Shown: positions 8,660-16,633, counted from the first letter of the stretch. The stretch is 32,000 bases of DNA from Thermococcus kodakarensis KOD1 (GCF_000009965.1 NC_006624.1:600001-632000); one strand, 5' to 3'. The notes: generated by a model not told the origin, from the letters alone. Program-made: numbers and translations.

Positions 8660-8726
8660 AGGCGTATAAATCTTGTGAAGAACAAAAGCAATAAACGGGA
8701 AGCACGAACAAAGGGCGGGATGGTCT

Positions 8727-9356
8727 ATGCCAAAGATAGAGCCCTTTGAGAAACACCGCGACAGGTACGAGAACTGGTTCGAGAGAAACCGCTACGCTTA
8801 CCTTTCGGAGCTTGAGGCCGTTAAGAAACTTCTACCCAAGAAAGGAAAGGGAGCTGAGATAGGCGTCGGAACCGGAAGGTTCGCGGCTCCTCTCGGCATA
8901 AAGCTCGGCGTCGAACCTTCAAAAGCGATGGCCGAGATAGCAAGGACGAGAGGAATTGAGGTCATCGAGGGAACGGCTGAAAATCTTCCCTTCGAGGAGG
9001 ACAGCATGGACTACCTTCTGATGGTCACGACTATCTGCTTCGTCGACGACCCTGAGAAAGCTTTGAAGGAAGCCTACCGCGTCCTGAAGCCGGGTGGGGC
9101 ATTGATAATCGGCTTCGTTGATAGAAACAGCCCGATAGGGAGGTTCTACGAGGAGCACAAGAACGAAAGCGTCTTTTACAAGGAGGCGAGGTTCTTCTCG
9201 ACTGAGGAACTGTTGGAACTCCTCAAAAAGGTCGGCTTCAGGGAGTTCGAGATAGTGCAGACCCTCTTCCACAGGCTCAATGAGATTAAGTCCGTCGAGC
9301 CGGTAAAGCCGGGCTATGGTGAGGGTAGCTTCGTCGTGATAAAGGCGGTGAAGTGA
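8727..9356 (+). CDS. Class I SAM-dependent methyltransferase
   Basis: Motif I is AEIGVGTGRF, and a post-I acidic residue and LKPGGALII are present. 209 aa. Confidence 0.8.
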   Translation: MPKIEPFEKHRDRYENWFERNRYAYLSELEAVKKLLPKKGKGAEIGVGTGRFAAPLGIKLGVEPSKAMAEIARTRGIEVIEGTAENLPFEEDSMDYLLMVTTICFVDDPEKALKEAYRVLKPGGALIIGFVDRNSPIGRFYEEHKNESVFYKEARFFSTEELLELLKKVGFREFEIVQTLFHRLNEIKSVEPVKPGYGEGSFVVIKAVK

Positions 9357-9402
9357 GGGAAAGAGAATATTTGCGTAGGAACGGATTCAATTTTTATATT
9401 AC

Positions 9403-9422
9403 TCGATTTACTTCGATTTACT
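9403..9422 (+). repeat. Perfect tandem duplication of the 10-mer TCGATTTACT, just downstream of a TATA-like TTTTTATATT (9391-9400)
   Basis: Read directly: ACTCGATTTACTTCGATTTACTCAA. Confidence 0.8.
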
Positions 9423-9603
9423 CAATACAACAGCCCTATCCGGCGCACAGACCAAGAGTGCCGATTGGGTGATACCGCGGTGCCTTCTCCACAATGCTAA
9501 CGTGACCACCCGCTCAGAAAAGGACGTCGTAAGGACAAGTACACCGTTATTCTCTACCAGGCAACCGTACGAACTATTCAAAGTTCACCCTTTGAAGAAA
9601 GGC

Positions 9604-9655
9604 AAACATTTTTGTTTAACAAAAACACTTTTGTTAGCGCAAACTATTTAAACAA
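9604..9655 (+). promoter_or_regulatory. GAPN promoter element P1: AT-rich alternating half-sites TTTTGTT-T-AACAAAA-ACAC-TTTTGTT plus TATA TATTTAAA (9645-9652)
   Basis: About 44 of 52 positions are identical to 11216-11267 by manual alignment. The first 15 nt are identical to 20710-20724. Confidence 0.7.
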
Positions 9656-9663
9656 CCGTTGTA

Positions 9664-9680
9664 TATCACAGATGGTGATA
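9664..9680. promoter_or_regulatory. Thermococcales glycolytic motif (TGM) TATCAC-N5-GTGATA, the Tgr/TrmBL1 operator
   Basis: The exact sequence TATCACAGATGGTGATA lies 12 nt downstream of the TATA box and 4 nt upstream of the GAPN ATG. Confidence 0.8.
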
Positions 9681-9683
9681 TAT

Positions 9684-11207
9684 ATGGTTGAGCCCTTCGT
9701 CCCCGAGGGGGAAATATTCGAAGGAATCTTCCGGCAGAACGAGGGTATACCCGAATTCGCAACGTACGTAAACGGGGAGTGGGTGTTTACCGGGAAGACA
9801 GCGGAGGTAAGAAGCCCGATAGACGGCTCGCTGATAGCTAGGGTAAGCCTGAGCGATATGGCCCTTTCGAACCGGGCGGTGGCGGCGGCATATTCCGCTG
9901 GGAGGCATGAGATAAGGGACACGCCGGGTGAAAAGAGGTTGGAGGCTTTTTTAAAGGTGGCGGAGCTTATTAGGGACTCATTCGACGATTTCGTCACCGC
10001 CCTGGTGCTCGACGCCGGCAAGCCGCTTTCAAACGCCCGCGGTGAGGTTACCGCCACAATCGAGAGACTTGAGAAGACGACGATGGAGTTCGGCAGGTTG
10101 ATAGGGGACTACATTCCCGGCGACTGGAGCGCAGAAAGCCTTGGAAGCGAGGGGATAGTCAAGAGGGAGCCCTACGGGGTTGTGCTCGCAATAAGTCCCT
10201 ACAACTACCCGCTGTTTATCTCCACCGCCAAGATCGTTCCGGCCCTACTTGCCGGAAACGCCGTGCTTCTGAAGCCATCTTCCCAGGATCCCCTCGCTCC
10301 CCTACTCCTGTCAAGGGTTCTTCAGCTTGCGGGAATTCCTGAAAGCGCCTATCACCTTCTAACTGTCCCAGGAGCGCTGATGGACTCCATACTGGCCGAC
10401 AGAAGAATAAGGGCGGTCACGTTTACGGGCAGCACCGAGGTCGGCGAGCACATCCTATCCATGGGAGGTATAAAGTTCTACCACATGGAACTCGGTGGTA
10501 AGGACCCAGCGGTGGTTCTGGACGACGCTCCGCTCGAAGAAACCGTGGAAAAGCTTGTCAAAGGTATGGTGAGCTACTCCGGCCAGAGGTGCGATGCGAT
10601 AAGGCTAATCATCGCCGAGGAGGGGATATACGAGCAGCTTAAGAGAGAACTCGTGGCTGCCCTCTCAAAAATAGAGCCCGAGAACCCGCTTGAAGACGAG
10701 GACGCCATTATGGGGCCACTGATAAACGAGCGGAGCGCTGAAAAAATAGAAGAGGTTTACAGGGATGCCCTGGAGAAGGGAGCGGTGCCCCTAACGGGGT
10801 TCAAGAGGAAAGGAGCGTACGTATGGCCTGTTCTCCTGGAGGCCAGCAGGGAAGTTCTGCCTGGACTCAGGGCGTTCCAGGAGGATGTTTTCGGTCCGCT
10901 CACAATCCTGGTTAAGGTTTCGAACGAGGACGAGGCCGTTGAGCTTGCCAACTCATCGAGGTTTGGCCTGGACGCCGCAGTTTTCAGTGGGGACGATTCC
11001 AGGGCGAGGAAAGTCGCGAGGAGGCTTGAAGTCGGGGCCGTCTTCATAAACGAGTTTCCACGGCACGGGATCGGTTATTACCCCTTCGGGGGCATGAAAG
11101 ACAGCGGCATCGGAAGGGAGGGCATAGGCTATTCCATCGAGACCCTCACTACGACTAAGACGATCGTCAGGAACTATCGGGGAAGGGGTGTCTGGGACTA
11201 CATCTGA
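9684..11207 (+). CDS. gapN: Non-phosphorylating glyceraldehyde-3-phosphate dehydrogenase (GAPN), aldehyde dehydrogenase family
   Basis: It has the ALDH catalytic motifs MELGGKD and SGQRCDA. The ORF begins at 9612, but the TATA box and TGM lie inside that extension, so the ATG at 9684 (MVEPFVPEG) is more likely. A TGM operator in the promoter supports a glycolytic role. Confidence 0.8.
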   Translation: MVEPFVPEGEIFEGIFRQNEGIPEFATYVNGEWVFTGKTAEVRSPIDGSLIARVSLSDMALSNRAVAAAYSAGRHEIRDTPGEKRLEAFLKVAELIRDSFDDFVTALVLDAGKPLSNARGEVTATIERLEKTTMEFGRLIGDYIPGDWSAESLGSEGIVKREPYGVVLAISPYNYPLFISTAKIVPALLAGNAVLLKPSSQDPLAPLLLSRVLQLAGIPESAYHLLTVPGALMDSILADRRIRAVTFTGSTEVGEHILSMGGIKFYHMELGGKDPAVVLDDAPLEETVEKLVKGMVSYSGQRCDAIRLIIAEEGIYEQLKRELVAALSKIEPENPLEDEDAIMGPLINERSAEKIEEVYRDALEKGAVPLTGFKRKGAYVWPVLLEASREVLPGLRAFQEDVFGPLTILVKVSNEDEAVELANSSRFGLDAAVFSGDDSRARKVARRLEVGAVFINEFPRHGIGYYPFGGMKDSGIGREGIGYSIETLTTTKTIVRNYRGRGVWDYI

Positions 11208-11215
11208 TTTGTTTT

Positions 11216-11267
11216 AAATGTTTTTATTTAACAAAAACACTTTTGTTTACTCAAAATATTTAAAAAA
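11216..11267 (+). promoter_or_regulatory. Chelate-ABC operon promoter element P2 (copy of P1) with TATA TATTTAAA (11257-11264)
   Basis: The sequence is AAATGTTTTTATTTAACAAAAACACTTTTGTTTACTCAAAATATTTAAAAAA. It starts 9 nt after the GAPN stop. Confidence 0.7.
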
Positions 11268-11296
11268 TAGGTTCCCATCTTTGTCCGGTGGCTGTA

Positions 11297-12931
11297 ATGA
11301 AGAGGGCAGTTTCAGTTCTCATCCTCAGCCTTCTCCTTTTCGGGGTGATGGCCAGCGGGTGCATAGGGACGAAAACAACATCGAACACCTCAACAACCTC
11401 AAGCGGAGCAACAGCCACTTCTCCGACAGCCTCAAGCCAGTTATCCACCTCTACTGCATCCTCCAACGTTGTCCCGCTTACCCTCGTTGGGCCCGATGGC
11501 TCTGTTAAAACGCTAACCCTTTCAGACCTCAAGAGCCTCCCGCAGACGGTTGGAAAGGGCGGCCTGAAAACAAAGAAGGGGAGCATCAAGAGGATTGGAA
11601 CTTACAAGGGCGTTTCTTTGAAGGATTTGCTCTCAAAGTTCGGCTGGTTATCAAAGAACTACCGTTACGTAATAACTGCCGCCGATGGGTATTCAATAAC
11701 CGCTGACTACGGCTTCATATTTGGAAAGGGATTGGACACCTACGACGAAAAGGGGAACCCGATCAACGGCTCCGTGATTCCCATCCTCGCCTACGAGTAC
11801 AACGGGGAACCGATAGAATTCACCTTGGACGGTAAGGTGTATCCCCTCAAGCTCGTCCTCGTCGGGGACGAGACGATAGTAACCCCTGGGAACCGCTGGG
11901 TCAAGGCCGTTGTGAAAATAGAGGTTGTGAAGGCCGAAACACCGGGAGAAAGCGAGAACACTGGCTATGGGGAAGTGAAAGATTTTGCCAACAGAACCGT
12001 TAAGGTGAAGAGCCCGCCGGCGAGGATAGTCTCACTCTACGGACTGGTCACGCAAATGATATACTTTCTCGGAGTTGAGGACGGCAAGAAAGTCGTGGGA
12101 AGCACTCCGCTGGCAATAAACGACGCTTTTATCGGGCTTCTGGATCCTGGCGTTAAGAACAGGATGGTCTTCGTCGGAAACCCGAGGAATGCGAACGTTG
12201 AAACCGTCAAGTCCCTGAACCCGGACGTCGTTTTCACTGCCTACTGGGGGAGCGAAAAGATAAACGAGGAAATAGAGAGCCTTGGCATTCCAGTTATAGC
12301 CCTGAACCTTGAGACGGTCGATGGATACCTCAAGGGGCTCCTGACAGTGGGCAAAGTTCTTGGAAAGGAGGAAAAAGCAGAGAAGGCAATTTCGTATTAT
12401 CGCTCCGCTGTTGACTTCGTCACAAACAGGACATCAAAGCTTAAAGAGAGGCCCAGGGTTCTTCTCGTTCAGTACAGCATGAAGGATAAGGCGTTCAAAG
12501 CTCCAGGCAAGGAGTACTTCCAGAACAGATTAATAGAGATGGCAGGTGGGGAAAGCGTTTCCTCGAACCTTCCAGGTGGCTGGAACGTAGTGAACGTCGA
12601 GCAGGTCGCGAAGTGGAACCCAGATGTGATAATCGTCGTCAGCTACTCCCCCAAGAAACCATCGGCTAAGGTTAAGGAAGAAATACTAAACGACCCCGCG
12701 TGGAAGGGCATAAAGGCCGTTAAGGAGGGCAGGGTCTACGCGATGCCGAACGATGGCGAAAGCTGGGATTACCCCGCTCCAAAGTGGGTTCTCGGCCTCT
12801 ACTGGCTCGCCAAGGTTCTCCACCCGGAGCTCTTCGGCGACCTCGATGTCAGAGCCAAAGCCGACGACTTCTATCAGAAGTGGTACGGGATAGACCCAAA
12901 TAAGGTGGAGATAACCGGTGATATGCCGTGA
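11297..12931 (+). CDS. Lipoprotein: molybdopterin-oxidoreductase-like domain fused to an FhuD/BtuF-type (iron-chelate/cobalamin class) periplasmic binding domain
   Basis: The signal and lipobox are MKRAVSVLILSLLLFGVMASGC, followed by a Ser/Thr-rich linker. The N-domain pattern is TLSDLKSLP...YKGVSLKDLL...AADGYS...ILAYEYNGEP...PLKLV...RWVKAVVKIEV. The C-terminal part resembles class-8 binding proteins. The ATG at 11297 follows GGTGG; an alternative GTG is at 11288. Confidence 0.7.
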   Translation: MKRAVSVLILSLLLFGVMASGCIGTKTTSNTSTTSSGATATSPTASSQLSTSTASSNVVPLTLVGPDGSVKTLTLSDLKSLPQTVGKGGLKTKKGSIKRIGTYKGVSLKDLLSKFGWLSKNYRYVITAADGYSITADYGFIFGKGLDTYDEKGNPINGSVIPILAYEYNGEPIEFTLDGKVYPLKLVLVGDETIVTPGNRWVKAVVKIEVVKAETPGESENTGYGEVKDFANRTVKVKSPPARIVSLYGLVTQMIYFLGVEDGKKVVGSTPLAINDAFIGLLDPGVKNRMVFVGNPRNANVETVKSLNPDVVFTAYWGSEKINEEIESLGIPVIALNLETVDGYLKGLLTVGKVLGKEEKAEKAISYYRSAVDFVTNRTSKLKERPRVLLVQYSMKDKAFKAPGKEYFQNRLIEMAGGESVSSNLPGGWNVVNVEQVAKWNPDVIIVVSYSPKKPSAKVKEEILNDPAWKGIKAVKEGRVYAMPNDGESWDYPAPKWVLGLYWLAKVLHPELFGDLDVRAKADDFYQKWYGIDPNKVEITGDMP

Positions 12932-13875
12932 GGGGGCTTAAAGGCATCTTTCTTTTTTTCATGGTTATCATTCTGATATCGCCCTTCGTGGGTAGAATGC
13001 TCTTCAATCCGCTCTCGATGAGCGATCTCGATAAAACCATCCTCCTCCAGGTCAGACTCCCGAGGGTGGTTACTTCCCTCCTTGTCGGGGCTTCCCTTTC
13101 GCTTGCAGGTTTAACCTTCCAGAACGTCTTCAGGAACCCCCTGGCCGGGCCGAACCTCCTTGGGGTCACGAGCGGCTCGGCCTTCGGGGCGGTTCTGGCG
13201 ATACTCCTCTCTGCGGATCCTTACGTCATACAGATATCGGCCTTCCTCCTCGGCCTGCTTGCCGTTGGGGTGGTGTGGCGGCTTTCCCGCCTCGTTGGGA
13301 ACGGAATCCTCGGCTTAATTCTGGCCGGAATAGCGGTCTCGGCTTTCTTCTCCGCCCTCGTGGGAATGGCGAAGTATCTGGCCGATCCGTACGACAAACT
13401 GCCCGCGATAGTTTTCTGGCTCCTGGGAAGCTTCGCAGGCTTGCGGTGGGATGACGTGAGGATTATGCTGGTGCCACTCGTTGTGAGCATAGTTGGGATA
13501 ACGCTCCTCCGCTGGCCCCTGAACGTCATCAGCCTTAGTGAAGAGGAGGCTAGGGGGCTCGGAGTGAACGTGAGGCTCTACAGGGGGATTTTCATAGCCC
13601 TCGCCGCCCTCGGTGTTTCGGCATCGACGGCGATGGCTGGGATGATAAGCTGGGTTGGACTCGTGAGCCCCCACGTAGCCCGGCTGAGTGTTGGACACGA
13701 CACGAGAACGCTCGTCCCGGCAAGCGCCCTCGTTGGGGCGTCTCTTCTCCTAGTTTGTGACGACGTTGCGAGGAGCGTAACTACCTTTGAGGTTCCCCTG
13801 GGAGTCGTTACTGCCCTGATAGGCGCCCCGACCCTCATAATAATCCTGCGGAGGGGGATCTATGCTAAGGGTTGA
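12928..13875 (+). CDS. FecCD/BtuC-family ABC transporter permease
   Basis: 315-aa polytopic membrane protein with typical FecCD segments (LLVGASLSLAGLTFQNVFRNPLAGPNLLGVTSG, GLVSPH). It has a 4-nt overlap with the binding-protein gene. Confidence 0.85.
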   Translation: MRGLKGIFLFFMVIILISPFVGRMLFNPLSMSDLDKTILLQVRLPRVVTSLLVGASLSLAGLTFQNVFRNPLAGPNLLGVTSGSAFGAVLAILLSADPYVIQISAFLLGLLAVGVVWRLSRLVGNGILGLILAGIAVSAFFSALVGMAKYLADPYDKLPAIVFWLLGSFAGLRWDDVRIMLVPLVVSIVGITLLRWPLNVISLSEEEARGLGVNVRLYRGIFIALAALGVSASTAMAGMISWVGLVSPHVARLSVGHDTRTLVPASALVGASLLLVCDDVARSVTTFEVPLGVVTALIGAPTLIIILRRGIYAKG

Positions 13876-14623
13876 GGGGCTGGGCTTTTCATACGGCAGT
13901 AGGGAAGTCCTCAGGAACGTTACCTTTGAGCTTAAAAAGGGCGTTGGCTGTCTCCTTGGGCCAAACGGCGCCGGAAAAAGCACCCTCCTTAAGTGCATAG
14001 CCGGAATCCTCAATGGGAACGGTAGGATAACGCTCAACGGTACTGAGCTTTCCAGGTTGAGATTGAGGGAGCGTACGAGGCTCGTAAGCTACTCCCCCCA
14101 GGAATTCTCGCTGACGTTTCCGTACACGGTCTTTCAAACCGTGCTGATGGGCAGGAACCCCCACATCGACCCCCTGAGCGGGCCGGGAAAGGTGGACGAA
14201 GAGATGGCGATGAAGGCCCTCCGCACCCTCGGACTTGAGAACCTCGCGGAGAGACCCTTCGGCGAGCTCAGTGGAGGCCAGAAAAGGCTCGTAATGATAG
14301 CCAGAACGCTCGCGCAGGGTGGAGAGCTTTTCCTCTTTGACGAGCCCACTTCGTTCCTCGACTTCAGGAACCAGCACCTCGTTCTCAGCGTTATCAGGAA
14401 GCTCTCAAAGGAGAGAACAGTGCTGGTCTCACTCCACGATCCCAACCAGGCCCTGACCTTCTGCGATACGGTTTTCCTCCTGAAAGACGGGGGGATAATA
14501 GCGAGCGGAGAACCGGCTGAAGTTCTCAACGAGGAGAATCTGATGGAGTTATACAGGATGAAAGTGAAGCGGTTTAAGGCCGACGGCGGCTTTTTCATAT
14601 ACCCCCTGGAGGTGGTTGGATGA
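13862..14623 (+). CDS. ABC transporter ATP-binding protein (FepC/BtuD type)
   Basis: Walker A GPNGAGKSTLL, signature LSGGQKRLVMIA, Walker B LFLFDEPTSFLD and H-loop SLHD. Confidence 0.9.
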   Translation: MLRVEGLGFSYGSREVLRNVTFELKKGVGCLLGPNGAGKSTLLKCIAGILNGNGRITLNGTELSRLRLRERTRLVSYSPQEFSLTFPYTVFQTVLMGRNPHIDPLSGPGKVDEEMAMKALRTLGLENLAERPFGELSGGQKRLVMIARTLAQGGELFLFDEPTSFLDFRNQHLVLSVIRKLSKERTVLVSLHDPNQALTFCDTVFLLKDGGIIASGEPAEVLNEENLMELYRMKVKRFKADGGFFIYPLEVVG

Positions 14624-15381
14624 AAAAAGTCCTCTCCCTTCTGCTCGTCCTCATGGCATGCGGGTGCATCGGGGCTTCCGAAAAACAGACGCCCAGCAAT
14701 GTTTCAACACCAAGTTATTCAAAAATTTCAACCTATCCCTTGGGAAATCCTCCAAACTGGTCAAACTGGACACTAGCTGTTCTGAATGACAACAGAACCT
14801 ACACGTGGGAAGAACTCTCAAAACTATCGAACGACACGATGAGAATACCGGATTTGAACCTCGGAAGAACCGTCGAGTGGAGGGGAGTTAGACCTCAGAG
14901 ACTTGGAAGGGGAGACTTCGTTACGGTAATAAATGAAAACGGGGAAGTGGTGAGCATACCCTATAACGTCTCAATGCTTCTGGCCATCTACATGGACGGG
15001 AAGCCGATGTCAACCCCGATAAGGCTCGTGGCGAGTCTCTCCTACGGCTGCCGGTGCAACTGGCTTCCTGGAATAAGGTTAGTGGACTTCGTGAACCGCT
15101 CCAAGGCCTTGGGGGTCTACGGCGAGGTGAACAACGAACTCTGGCTGTCCCCAAGGAGCTTTGCCGCCCTTGGAAACGGCTCGGTGCACCTGAACGAACT
15201 GCTCGATAAAGCTGACGTTAGGCCAATCGCCAGGAGGGTGATCTTCATTACACCCAACGGGGAGCTTCCATACAGCCTCGCCAAGATAAAGAAGCTGAAC
15301 CCGTTGGTTGTTTTTGAGGGGAAGTTTAAAGTGCCCTCACTGGGTATAGAAGACCTAAGAGGAATAAGGCTTGAGGGGTGA
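14620..15381 (+). CDS. Secreted lipoprotein with molybdopterin-oxidoreductase-like domain, many N-x-S/T sequons
   Basis: The lipobox is MKKVLSLLLVLMACGC. The segment TWEELSKL...VEWRGVRPQRL...LLAIYMDGKPM...PIRLV...WLPGIRLVDFV parallels the N-domain of the 11297 protein. There is a 4-nt overlap with the ATPase gene. Confidence 0.6.
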   Translation: MKKVLSLLLVLMACGCIGASEKQTPSNVSTPSYSKISTYPLGNPPNWSNWTLAVLNDNRTYTWEELSKLSNDTMRIPDLNLGRTVEWRGVRPQRLGRGDFVTVINENGEVVSIPYNVSMLLAIYMDGKPMSTPIRLVASLSYGCRCNWLPGIRLVDFVNRSKALGVYGEVNNELWLSPRSFAALGNGSVHLNELLDKADVRPIARRVIFITPNGELPYSLAKIKKLNPLVVFEGKFKVPSLGIEDLRGIRLEG

Positions 15382-15385
15382 TTGA

Positions 15386-16123
15386 ATGCTGCTTTCGGAG
15401 ATCAAGAAAAAGGCTTTGAATCTTGCAAACGGGCTTGAGCTTTTAGATTTCGGCTTTGCCCTGCCCTACACGTGGGTCTTAATTGAAGGTCCTGAAGGAA
15501 AATCCCTAGGCGTTGCAATGACCCTCCCGGAGGAGGTTCAGAGGTACACCAACTCCATAAGTGAGCCTTCCATCGAGGCCTTCATTGAAAGGATCGACAG
15601 CCTGAACGTCATCGAGAGAACCCTCGGGATAGCGGCGGTAAACGCGGTCTCCCAGTACCACCTCGACGTCTCAGACCTTCCAGATGTTGACGTGGTTGAG
15701 CTTGTTGAAGGCTTCAGTGAGGTAGCAGTGATAGGCAACATGCCACCCGTTGTCAGGGCACTCCGCGAGAAAGGAGTTAAGACCCTCGTTTTCGAGCGGA
15801 ATCCAAAGCTCTGGGACAGGGAGACGCTCAGCGACGCTCTGGAATACATTCTCCTCCCCGAGGTTGAAGCGGTCATTGTCAGCGGCTCAGCACTGGTTAA
15901 CGGAACGCTTGAGATGATCCTCGACCGGGCGAAAAAGGCGGAACTGGTAATCCTGACCGGCCCAACTGCCCAGATACACCAGGAGCTCGTTAAAGGAACT
16001 GGGATTACTCACCTCGCGGCGATGAAAGTGATAGACCTTGAAAGGGCGCTCCTCGGCCTCAAGCTCGGCTCCTTCAGGGGCTTTGAGAAGGGGAACAGGA
16101 AGTACGTGGTGGAGGTTCCGTAG
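15386..16123 (+). CDS. DUF4213/DUF364-like protein (putative heavy-metal chelation, Rossmann-like)
   Basis: 245 aa. The family assignment is from memory of the pattern (GxAxT ... IGxxxP ... VxxSGSxLVNGT). The gene is last in the chelate ABC operon. Confidence 0.5.
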   Translation: MLLSEIKKKALNLANGLELLDFGFALPYTWVLIEGPEGKSLGVAMTLPEEVQRYTNSISEPSIEAFIERIDSLNVIERTLGIAAVNAVSQYHLDVSDLPDVDVVELVEGFSEVAVIGNMPPVVRALREKGVKTLVFERNPKLWDRETLSDALEYILLPEVEAVIVSGSALVNGTLEMILDRAKKAELVILTGPTAQIHQELVKGTGITHLAAMKVIDLERALLGLKLGSFRGFEKGNRKYVVEVP

Positions 16124-16633
16124 TTATTTTGCGAACCTCCCATCATCTTTTGCCTCTGGGAGCTTGTGAACGTTTTCTTCAAGCCAGCCTGTTCTCACTC
16201 CCTCTCTGTAGTCAAATTCTGGCACGTAGGGCTTTATATCCAGGAGGGGAGTTCCATCTAGGACATCAACATCCTCAACTATCAGGACGTTTCCGCGCCT
16301 TTCAACGAGTCTCACTATCGAGATGCCGATGGGATTCGGGCGCGCGGGTGCCCTCGTGGCGAACACGCCATGGTAGTTCTCGTCCATGTATGGCCTTACT
16401 AGGAGACTCTTGAACCTCGCCCTGTGGAAGTGGTAGATCAAAATTACGTGGGAGAATCCCTCAATGTCCTTCAGTCCTTCCTCAAACTCGGGAAACACAT
16501 CAACGGTTCCTCTGATTCCCCTCGCCGCAGAGGCCTGTATGGGGACGTCTTTTGGCTCCTTGAAGGGGCTGTGAATAACTCCAATCGGGCGATAGCATAT
16601 TTCTTCCAAAGGATAGCTTTTGGCCTTGCTCAT
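16124..16633 (-). CDS. trmO: TsaA/TrmO-like tRNA methyltransferase (YaeB/UPF0066 family)
   Basis: The segments IGVIHSPFK ... FSHVILIYHFH ... RPNPIGISIVRL ... DGTPLLDIKPY are typical of the TsaA-like domain. Confidence 0.7.
   Translation of the reverse strand: MSKAKSYPLEEICYRPIGVIHSPFKEPKDVPIQASAARGIRGTVDVFPEFEEGLKDIEGFSHVILIYHFHRARFKSLLVRPYMDENYHGVFATRAPARPNPIGISIVRLVERRGNVLIVEDVDVLDGTPLLDIKPYVPEFDYREGVRTGWLEENVHKLPEAKDDGRFAK

Noticed and set aside
9465-9535. A possible C/D-box sRNA (GTGATAC ... CTCAGA).
   Set aside because: The boxes deviate from RUGAUGA/CUGA at key positions, and no C'/D' pair with proper spacing could be found on either strand.
9469-9651. A 60-aa ORF in the intergenic region upstream of GAPN.
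   Set aside because: It has no Shine-Dalgarno site, runs through the P1 promoter element and TATA box, and its sequence has no recognisable features.
11268-11282. ATAGGTTCCCATC downstream of the P2 TATA box, as a possible iron box for the chelate ABC operon.
   Set aside because: Only about half the positions fit TTAGG-N4-CCTAA, and the right arm is missing. The match is too weak to call.
16121-16126. Tail-to-tail genes (DUF364-like and trmO) with adjacent stop codons and no spacer. I considered this as a possible sign of a mis-assembly or a missing terminator.
   Set aside because: Tight convergent packing is common in Thermococcales, and both ORFs are full length with normal C-termini.
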